Of a DNA stretch of 64,000 nt, positions 1 through 9,187 are shown in pieces (the stretch's first letter is position 1; each line of letters starts with the position of its first letter). The DNA lies in the NCBI GenBank assembly GCA_002269645.1, contig NIVC01000716.1, positions 398,601 through 462,600 on the forward strand, in the 5' to 3' direction. Made by a program: the position numbers and the translations under genes. Below the pieces are notes generated by a model. It worked only from the letters and a program-made list of their open reading frames with translations, searched no databases and was not told the DNA's origin. The stretch comes from Macrostomum lignano (lineage: Eukaryota).

Positions 1-231
1 CAAGGACCGCACAACTGAGGGAAAATAAGACAACGAAAGACATTCAAGTACGAGTACTTCAACTGATTTCAGGGTCTTCTTCTTTTCTTCTGATTCTTTA
101 CTTCTTAAAAATCATCCAGTCAGTCTATAATTGAGTTTTCTTTCAAATTCACAATTTTATAAATTTTCAAGCTTGGCATTCTAGTATGGGACGCATATGA
201 ATATCGCGAGTATTTGGTACCCTTTCGCAAG

Positions 232-3200
232 GAAACTCGGTGATAGTGCCTGACGCACTCGGCAACCAGATGCCTAGTGATGATTACCGTATCCAGTTTT
301 TCAAGGAGCTGGACTACTGCAGCCTGCTGCAGATGCAGCCGGTGACGCGCGAGCTGCTCTCCGGATGCAGCGGCGTTAACGGGAAACTCAGCGCCACTGG
401 GGACGATGCTTACAAGCAGAACAAGGTAGAGTTCACTACCAGGTGAGTCACTGCTTTTGAATCGGCAGGGGTGTTTTAGGTGCCATAGTTATTGATTGGG
501 TTTCCCGAGCTGCTCTAACGCTCGTATCTACTCAAATAGAATTTGTAGAGAGCTGGCACGAACTAGAGTAGAGGTTGAGAGAGTTTCCATGGGCGGTAAA
601 ACGACATGCAAGGCTTTATTGTCCTATTACCTCAAAGCATGTCAATTTACAGCAATTTTTGGAAGCAGCTGCTATGCGAAACCAGAAAAGCGTCAGCTTT
701 AAAAGTGCACGGTCTGGAAATAGCTTCTTACCGCGAAACCATCTTTTTCGCATGAGCGCACTCCAAGTCCAGTTCATTCTAGTCTTTCAACGCAATCCCT
801 CAGGCCGACTCGCAGTCAGCACCGGTTCAGCCGGGTGCGGCCGCTGCACGTGTGTGCAGAGCACAGCTTTGTCTGCTTTCGCTACAACGGAGACCTGGTG
901 GCAGCGACGCCGAACTCCGTACTGGTGTACGACAGGCCGCCGGCCGCTTGCGAGCTGAGCTACAAGGAGCTTCTGTACAGCATCCCGATCAGCGGGGTGA
1001 GCATGGCGGCTGACCTCAGCCAGAGCCGCATCCTGGTGCTGCGGCAGGGCAGTTATATGGCTTCTGATGAGGTTTGTCTGCAGCCACCTATGTAATAAAT
1101 TTTCTTTAATTGGGATTTGCAGAGGAGGTGCGCGATAAAACAGAAAAAAAATTATCAGAGACTTTGAGAACGACTGTTTATACTAGCACAAAAACAGTGC
1201 TGCATCGTCTTGCTTAGCTTAGGGTTCATGGTCCTAAAGACAAATGGATTTGGGAGATTTCGATTGCCCTAAAAGCGTCCTTTATCAATGAGTAGCAGCC
1301 GAAAAACGATGGCTCCTTTCGCCCTCCCATCAGCGAGCGGCAGACGAGCTGCTGATGGCAGAAGTGGCCACAGGCGACACCCAGTTGATGGCGAAGATCG
1401 CCCTGCCTCAGTATTCGATACTGCGCAGCAAGTCCGACGACCACCTGCTGATGCGGGAGACGGCCTGCAGGCGAGGTGAAGCCACAAAAAAAGACTTGTT
1501 TCTTGCACGAGCTACCAATTTTTTTACTTGTGAGAGTATTGTAAAAGAGAATAACACGTTTCTTTCTTTTTTACAGAAGTTACTAGTCATAAGGCATACC
1601 TAGACTGTAGATCATACCAAACTTATTTTGCGTGTTAACTAATCAAGAAATTTTAACTTCAAAGTACACCAGCTTAGTTCTGGACAGTCTGTCTTATTCG
1701 CGCCTTGCGAGTGCTCGAGACTGAGATTTAGTATGAAAAAGAAACAAAGTCAATTAATGAAATTACATGTAGACAACAAAAGCCCATTAAAAGCAGGGCA
1801 GGCACCGGTTCTCCAGACTATCGAGCAGTTTAGTTATCAGCAGTTTACTGTTCAAACATGCAAAACGGTTTCCAGATGGGGCCGAGTGCCGCGGAATGCA
1901 ATTCAACCAGACTGAACACAAAGTTTATCTGCTTTACGAGCACCACCTGCTGGTTATTGACCTGGACATGCAACTGGAGCCATTGGTGATCCGGCTGAAC
2001 TGTCAGAGCAGCTATGTGAGTTTTTGAATTTGCTCATTCTTAGCAGATAAAAAAGTGTTGGTACTATAAAACCAATCCACATGCAGTTGAACTTAGCGAT
2101 TGCGGTCAAGGAAGGCCGGTTCACATTACCGCCAGCACGAGCTCGTTGCTCCAAAGATTGCTCAAATCAAATTTAATGTTTGTCTGAACCAACTGTACAT
2201 TGATTTGACCTTGGTAAAACTGGACCTTCAAGGCTGATTCACATTACCCCAGTAGCTCTTGCTCAAATTGCTCAAATCCTTTTTAAACCCTTTTGCTCAA
2301 AACCCTTTTTAAACTGATTTGTTTGTTTGAGCAATTTTTTTACCTGCATAGTTACTATCGGCAGTGTGAACTTTTAGAGCCGGTTAATGGTAAATTTTCA
2401 CTCAACAGCTTCAACTCCACTGTGTACGCAGCAGTTTGAAGCCAGATCAGAACTCAGAGAAGTTAGAAGGCTTAAGCTCCGGCGTACACAGTGAAAGGGT
2501 TGAAGTTATTGCAGTAAAGCAATGAATGCACACTAATGTACACATTAAATATTGAGTGGCTGAGAGAATTGCAGCTTGAGAAATACTAAGCTTGAGACTG
2601 GGTTACAACATACTTTCCGCGACACCATAGAACTTTCTCCCTACGACCTCCGAAAATCTCGGTGGCCCTGCCGTCGCCCTGATGGAATTCGACCACGCAG
2701 TTTATGTGCTGACGGCTGGGTCGCTGCTCCTCGCCTCCAACAAGACCAGTCTGTTCAGCCCTAGCCCAAGCGCCTGCTGCCTGCCGGTGCTGCAGCGACT
2801 CGACGACCGCCTGGCAGCTGGAGAAATTCGCAGCTGCGTGGTGGACCGGCGCCAGGCCACAGCTTTTTTCAGCGTGCCGCACGGCTGCAAGCTGATCAGC
2901 CTGGCCTTCCCTGTGCCTCCGAGTGACAGTGAGGCGGCCAGCGCTGCCACCTCGGGCTGCCCGGTGCTGCAGGAACGCCTGTACGCTGTTGCGAGCTGCT
3001 CTGATGGGGCCGCGGCTGTGCCATGTAAGACATCCCGTGGTTAAGATCATGATACTCAGTGGTGTGGTGTATCGCCTAACGCTAAAGGCCTTCATAACTT
3101 GTGGTGAAGATGAGCTGAAGCTGACCGATGTGAAATGTTGTGATAAAAATGCCGTGATTCAATAAAAGAACACGGAGAAAACGAGTATTGCGCGAGCAAT

Positions 3201-5911
3201 TAAGAGGAATAATTTGATCCGTAATTTATTATTTACTCAAAAATTCTATGCCAATGCATTTTGACCAGTTCGGTCATCTTCAGGGCAGCTTTTGAAGATA
3301 GACAGCAAGTTATATTCGTACATGTATTTAATAACAACACGATTTACAGTATAATTTGTGCAACAAAGGGTCAGGCTTAGGTAGAAGAAGGGGCAGAGAG
3401 AGAGAATAGGGTGTAGTAGTCTACAACCCTACCCAGAACACGTTGAGTTAATGGCTGGCACCCCCTATAGCTGACTGACAGTTCAAATTAGGCTTCTGAG
3501 CTTGAACTGTTCAAAAGAGTCTCAGCGTTCAGCTCTGGATCACTTTTTTGCACTGTGTTGTCTCAGGATGTCTGCAGCTTGAAGTCCCGTTTCCCTCTAC
3601 CGCTTACTGCAGGTGTCGTTAATAAGTTTCAGTGCTCTGAAGAGCAGAGTCTCCTATATAGTGAAAATCAAGCGACACCTGCACACTAGGACTAAGGAGC
3701 ATTGGACTATGAGTAAAAGATCAGCAATCCAAGAACACCTGCTCACTCACGTGTGATTCATGAGAACGTTCGCAATTTCTATGATCCAATAACTTCATTC
3801 CCCAAAACTCTAGCTGAGAAATAGATTTCAAAAACCTTTTCTATTATTTAAGAGCTCATATCGGATGCCGATCTGAAGTTCTTAAATGTTACAACTGGAC
3901 TGGTTTGTGCGGCGAAAGTGCACAAACCGGCTTTAGTGCCCAGCGCGTTGATTGTACATCGCCGCCTGCCCCCCCCCCCTTGGGTGGCAGGGGTGTTTTT
4001 AAACCCCCGTCGCGCTCTACTGGCGGCTCACTTTGCCTTCTCGCAGTGAATTTTTTATTTTTGCTGACGCCGCGTCTCGGCTGCACGAGGGCAGTCAGTT
4101 GTTGAATTTTTTGCTGCGCTTTTATGGCTCATTGATGCGTCTCACCAATTGCTCGCTTTCCCGGCACACGCTTTCTGCTGCCACATCCGCTTTTCTCCGT
4201 TTTCAGGTCGCCAGACTGCGCCAGACCACCTCAGCCACCGAGCCCGTGAACTACTCGGTTCCTCCTACGCGGCCCGCTCGAAAAGCGCCATCAGCTCACA
4301 CGTGCGGTCCTGGCGCGCGTACTGCTCAGCCAAGGGACTCGACCCCGCCGGGTGTACTGTGTCCACGCTGCTAAACTACCTGGCTGGCCTCACGGGCACG
4401 CGCCTGCGAGCCTACAGTAGCGTTCGCGGTCATGTCAGCTCGCTTTCACTGTGGTTTCGGCTGAACGGCGCTCAGGACCTGACGAAGCACACCCTCACCC
4501 AGCATCTGCTGCGGGGCTGCAAGCGAGCGCTGGGGCTTCAGGTCAACCAGAAGCTACCAATGTCTCCGTCGGTGCTGCAAAAGCTTTGGTCTCTGGTTGA
4601 CAAGGGCGACAATCGGCAACTGGCCTGCTGGGCGGTCACCATCACTGCCTGGTGGGGAATGCTGCGAAAATCATCACTCCTTCTATCGTCGCCTCAGTTG
4701 GGTAGTGGGATGAAGGTGCAGAATCTGACACCTCACCGTTGCGGCCTCCTCTTAAGCGTGGACTTTGGCAAGACTATTCAGTTCCGTGATCGAGTCCACC
4801 ACGTCCTGCTTCCGAAGTTCCCCGCCTGCCCCGCGCTCTGCCCGGTAGTGGCGATTCGCCGACATCTGTGTGTCAACAAGCTGGCGATGGCCGAGGCGCC
4901 ACTCTGGTCCTTCATCGATCGCAATGGACAGCGGCGCCATCTAGCTGCTCGGGACTTGGACCGGTTTCTTGACTCTAAGCTGCAGAGGGCTGGGTGTGGC
5001 GGCAAGCTCTACTCGGCTCACAGCCTGCGTCGAGGTGGAGCCACCTGGGCAGCTCGCATGGGCCTGCCGGTGGCGGAGATCCAGCGGATCGGCGACTGGA
5101 AGAGTTCGGCGGTGGAGCGCTACTTGCCCCGCTCGGGTGTTGCCACTGCTGCGGCCTCTCTGCATTTTTTTTCCGCCCTTAGTGCTCATTTTTGACGGTG
5201 GTCTTCCCGCTGATTTGTTTTTTGCTCAATGCCTAGCTGCTGCTCTTATCCCCCGTTGTGTTTGGCTTTGGAGGCCTGCTTCGTTTCTGTGCCAAGTTCG
5301 TGTTTTAATTGCCTTTGTTGCTGGAAGCACTAATGGACTGGTTTGTGCGGCGAAAGTGCACAAACCGGCTTTAGTGCCCAGCGCGTTGATTGTACATCGC
5401 CGCCTGCCCCCCCCTTGGGTGGCAGGGGTGTTTTTAAACCCCCGTCGCGCTCTACTGGCGGCTCACTTTGCCTTCTCGCAGTGAATTTTTTTTCTTTTTC
5501 GTGTTAAGTTTGCTTTAAGCCAAATATACTCGTAGATTGAAGTTCGAAACACTTTTTTATTGACGGAGGCCTGCTTCGTTTCTGTGCCAAGTTCGTGTTT
5601 TAATTGCCTTTGTTGCTGGAAGCACTAATCAACACTTTCCTGCAGGTGCTATGGCTTGGGACCCCACCACTGAGCACCTGCTGGTGCTGGAGTGGGGCTC
5701 CGAGAACAACGGCGTCCTCATCACCGTGGATTTCTCACCCGACGATGGAATCAGCAGCTCCAGACCGGATCGAGAAACCCCGCAGTCCGAGGCGTGGTTG
5801 CTGCAGCGGACTTCCGAGAAGCTGCCCGTTGTGAAGACCTTTGGTCCGCAGGTGCTGAACCCGATGGCGCAGCGGCTGGGTCTGAAGATCTCAGGGGGTC
5901 ATGCCTGCTGA
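232..5911 (+). CDS. 5'-truncated multi-exon gene, NHL/beta-propeller-like protein (exons ~232-442, 804-1071, 1334-1475, 1797-1867, 1941-2015, 2631-3024, 5646-5911)
   Basis: Seven GC-rich open segments join with consistent intron phases (2,0,1,0,0,1) at AG/GT sites and end at TGA 5909-5911. NHL-like strings: GNSVIVPDALGN..YRIQFF and CAMAWDPTTEHLLVLEW. The start lies upstream of the window. The donors at 1475 and 1867 are weak. Confidence 0.65.
3897..5629 (+). mobile_element. Tyrosine-recombinase element with split direct repeats (A1-YR-B1-A2-spacer-B2), PAT/Ngaro-like architecture, no gag/RT/RNaseH
   Basis: A1 3897-4056 matches A2 5335-5491 apart from the length of a C run. B1 5270-5334 equals B2 5565-5629 (65 bp identical). 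B1 abuts A2, recreating an end-to-end junction. No target-site duplication (flanks ACAACT / CAACAC). It sits in the last intron of the host gene. Confidence 0.9.
4149..5195 (+). CDS. Tyrosine recombinase of the DIRS/Ngaro type, uninterrupted ORF
   Basis: Catalytic set present: WWGMLRKSSLL (R), GKTIQF (K), YSAHSLRRGGAT (H-x-x-R), IGDWKS (W), VERY (Y). There is an N-terminal helical region (SYAARSKSAISSHVRSWRAYC). The ORF opens with TTG; the first in-frame ATG is at 4560. Confidence 0.92.
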   Translation: MLAFPAHAFCCHIRFSPFSGRQTAPDHLSHRARELLGSSYAARSKSAISSHVRSWRAYCSAKGLDPAGCTVSTLLNYLAGLTGTRLRAYSSVRGHVSSLSLWFRLNGAQDLTKHTLTQHLLRGCKRALGLQVNQKLPMSPSVLQKLWSLVDKGDNRQLACWAVTITAWWGMLRKSSLLLSSPQLGSGMKVQNLTPHRCGLLLSVDFGKTIQFRDRVHHVLLPKFPACPALCPVVAIRRHLCVNKLAMAEAPLWSFIDRNGQRRHLAARDLDRFLDSKLQRAGCGGKLYSAHSLRRGGATWAARMGLPVAEIQRIGDWKSSAVERYLPRSGVATAAASLHFFSALSAHF

Positions 5912-6261
5912 GTCACAATGGAATTCGACTCCAGTGCCAGCGACCGATCGACTGACTACCGTTGTTCAGGATTTATCTGTCTCATTGTTTCTATTCTCCC
6001 GTTAGACGCGTATATATCATACACTTCATGATTATTTTGAACCAATGCAGTTCCACAGAATCAGATAAACAGTTTTACTAATTCGCTGAAAGTAATAAAA
6101 TCTTCTAATTAAAGTAAAAAAAACGATGGATCCTTCCAAACCCAAAGAGCATGTGGCTTTCTATTTTAGTACTCTAAAGTTAAATTCTGCAAGCAAGGAA
6201 GAAGTCCAAGCGTGCCGTCAAACACAGGCGAATCTAACACTGGAACGATTTTAGAACGTGA

Positions 6262-7226
6262 TGTAACCGCCCTTGACGTCCGTCCGCTCCATTCCGAGGC
6301 GAACGTATGACCATAGGGGGCAATGACCGTAGGCTGCCTATGACCGGGCAATGACCTGATGGACCTCCAGCACCAGACTGTCCTGCCCACATGATTGATA
6401 GCTTTGGTAGCGCTTTCGTGACCAGAGGGCCAAGGACCCACATGGACCCCACCTGTAGCCAAGGTGCAATAGTTGGTCACTCGGACATAGCATGACCGAG
6501 TGGCTGCCACCACTCTATGTGACCTGGCGCACCTGGATCTTACTACCAAACCTTTCGAGGCTAGAGCCCCGCCTGGATTGGTTACCAGGTGATTTAGGCT
6601 AACAGGGGAGACGCATGCAGCCGAGTACAGGGACTCTGCTTGGGGCATGATCGGGAACTCTGGGATCAATCTGGAGGATTTCTCAGCAGGGGATCCTTTG
6701 TGGCTGTGAACGAGGCGGACTTACGGTTTCAATTACTAAGAGTAGTGTGAGGCGAACATGTACTAGCTATAGTTTAGATTGCTCAGGGCGAAGGGACGCG
6801 TAAGCAGGGTGCTGCAACCTTCCTGCTGCCATTCTGTGCCAAGACCCGCTACTTCCCTCTACTGCACGCACATACGGACCCGCAGCACGCACACACAGGC
6901 GAGCTTTGCACGGGGAGAGGCCATTAGCTTACCCAAACTTCCTTATGCTTTGCCACCCAGGGAGAAAGGCTTAGCAAGCCATCAATGAAATGATGGTGAA
7001 AGCACAGAAGTGAAAGTGTGAATAATGAGGAGCTTAGTATTGGTTAATAATTAGGCCCTTGGGCAAAATAAACAAGCAATTAGGCGGCTTCCCTATTGAA
7101 TAAAATACAGCAAAGATACGGTAACGCAATTGGCTCAGTTCTCTAAGCAAGCAATGGGAAATAAGCAAACCCCTGATAAGCAAAGGCAATTAGAGCACAA
7201 ATCAGTACAGGAACTCACCGGCAGCT

Positions 7227-7274
<48 letters not shown>

Positions 7275-8130
7275 CGACAGAGTGACTGAGGGCGGCTGTT
7301 GGCTGCGAACAGGCAGGTAGTGAATCGGTGATGCGCTGAAGCGACGAGGCGCTGATGTAGCTCAGGTGATGCTGAGGATGCTGGGCGGTATCAGACCGCG
7401 GGCCGGCAGATGAGCTCGCTTGGGGAGCTAAAGGAACTTGGCGGTATCAGACCTCGGACCGGCAGAGGTTCATCCTATAGACGAATGGGTCAGATCAACG
7501 TCTGACAGCAAGTCCAAAGAAGGACCACTTCGGAAAGAATCTGAGGGTTCTCATGCCGAAAACCGCTTCCTTAAATAGGCCTCACAGCCGCCGCTCCAAG
7601 GTCGTTTCCATGACTCCCTCTCTCTGATTGGCTGCCGGAGAAATGACGTCAGAATGAGTCATGATGAGAAACATGAGAACGCCATAGCAACATGAGAAAT
7701 GGGGAAATTGCGCAATCCGGAGGTGGGGTGGGTGGATAATGAGCACAGCGGGGGGTTGAGAAAATGTTGCGCAACCAAAAATTGAGAACAATGGGGCTCG
7801 GGTTGAGAACAAAGGAAATGGAAATCGGGGATAATTGGGGAGAACCGAGAACAATAGAAAAGTAAACATTGGAGAAAAGGTGCTAATTAGGTGCAAAAAG
7901 GAGAACAATAGAAAGAGAAAATCTGGGAAAATGTGATAATTACACTGTAGGTGCGAAAACGAGAACAAAAGAATCAAAAACGAGAACAATAGAAGCAAGC
8001 GGAGGTGGGGTGGGTGTTGCATGAGAAATCTTGAGAAGAGAACAATAGCATGAGAAAAGGTTGCGCAAGAGGAGGGTGATGAGTCATGATGAGTCATCGG
8101 GGGGAAGGAGGGATCAGAGGCCTTGCGTCA
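6262..8130 (-). mobile_element. Possible solo LTR / LTR-like segment
   Basis: Begins TGTAACC and ends GCGTCA (TG..CA), non-coding, and contains a minus-strand promoter-like module, internal direct repeats (GGCGGTATCAGACC at ~7385 and ~7440) and an (AG)n tract. No convincing TSD. Confidence 0.3.
7571..8096 (-). promoter_or_regulatory. bZIP-site cluster with CCAAT and TATA-like box
   Basis: TATTTAA on minus at 7571-7577, CCAAT on minus ~7626-7631, CRE TGACGTCA 7644-7651, AP-1 TGAGTCA at 7655, 8080 and 8090, C/EBP ATTGCGCAAT 7707-7716 plus TTGCGCAA near 7768 and 8061. Confidence 0.45.
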
Positions 8131-9187
8131 CCGTTTGGGATTCTAAAAGGAACTGTTGTTTTGTTGAAATTGATCGAGAAACGGTGTACTAGGCAGCAAA
8201 ACGAGGCAACGAGCAACCAGCGAACCTCATGTTTGCTGCGCGTGTAGCCTGCAACATATCGAATTGATCAATTTAAGTCTCCGGTTTCGAGGGATCAATC
8301 TTTGCTGAGTGCAAGTTTGAGAACTGCACATTTCAATTTTCAAAGTGAGCTTCTCCTCCGACATCAAGAATTTTGACCCGTTATGAAATTTAAAAAACAC
8401 GAAGTCATTCCTATGATTATTTTTACCGTTTCTCTGCAGAGGAAATATACGTTCATAGTTGTCTATGACCAATTCTAAGAATTTCAAAATGCCGAGTCAT
8501 TTTTATTGCGTAATTGCTTAAAATGATGCAATGCAGATATCATTGTAACAATGCAGCTGTGTCGCCTTTAAGAACGGAATGAGAATGTAATGGAATGATC
8601 TCTGTGGCGATAAACCCACCACTAGAATAGAACGGCGGCCAAGACTGCAAAAAATCAAAATGAAGTAAAATCAAAATAAACTTGCTCAGATTGGCAATCC
8701 ATGCTATTACTTAATACCTATTATTAAAGTTGAAGGCTTACTCTAAGGTACTCTAAATAGCACATGTATTAGTTTATAGTATTTAATGAATAAGAGTAAA
8801 GGCAATGTTCATTAATACAGTAGAAATATAGCATAGAAATATACAAGAACAAGCATCGGCGAGCAGAATGACGAACGTTAAAATATTCGGAGGTATTTGC
8901 TACGCCGTCTTTGCATACTATATAGATTAAAAGAATTCGCGAAAACAGTACTTAGAGTTGCTTTTGTCCGCCAAAAACTTTTTGCACCGTATTGATTTTA
9001 CAGCTCAGGGTGACGAAATACGCAAGTGTCAGTAAGAATTATGCAGAATCATATGCCTCGTACAAGGGATCTTATATCTGCCATTTGAAACCAGTAATTA
9101 CTAAAGTAGACTTTTATTTGTCGATATTTCTATGACAACCAATGCAGCAAGTAGTATTGAAGAGTTCGAGAAATCAGAGAAGGACCT

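Noticed and set aside
2411-2505. 12-bp inverted repeat CACTGTGTACGC / GCGTACACAGTG
   Set aside because: Short, no TSD or second copy in the window; insufficient to call a MITE.
3585-3690. Acceptor-like site at 3612 that could give a short alternative last exon of the propeller-like gene
   Set aside because: The 24-codon frame has no coding-like composition or motif; unsupported without transcripts.
3897-4056. Hammerhead ribozyme (retrozyme-like) in repeat A, suggested by the GAAA-capped stems
   Set aside because: No CUGANGA core found on either strand; other ribozyme folds cannot be excluded without a covariance search.
6166-8097. ORFs 6166-6669 and 7582-8097 (hydrophobic, membrane-like)
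   Set aside because: No recognisable domain; the hydrophobicity of the second comes from A-rich GAGAACAA repeats on the opposite strand.
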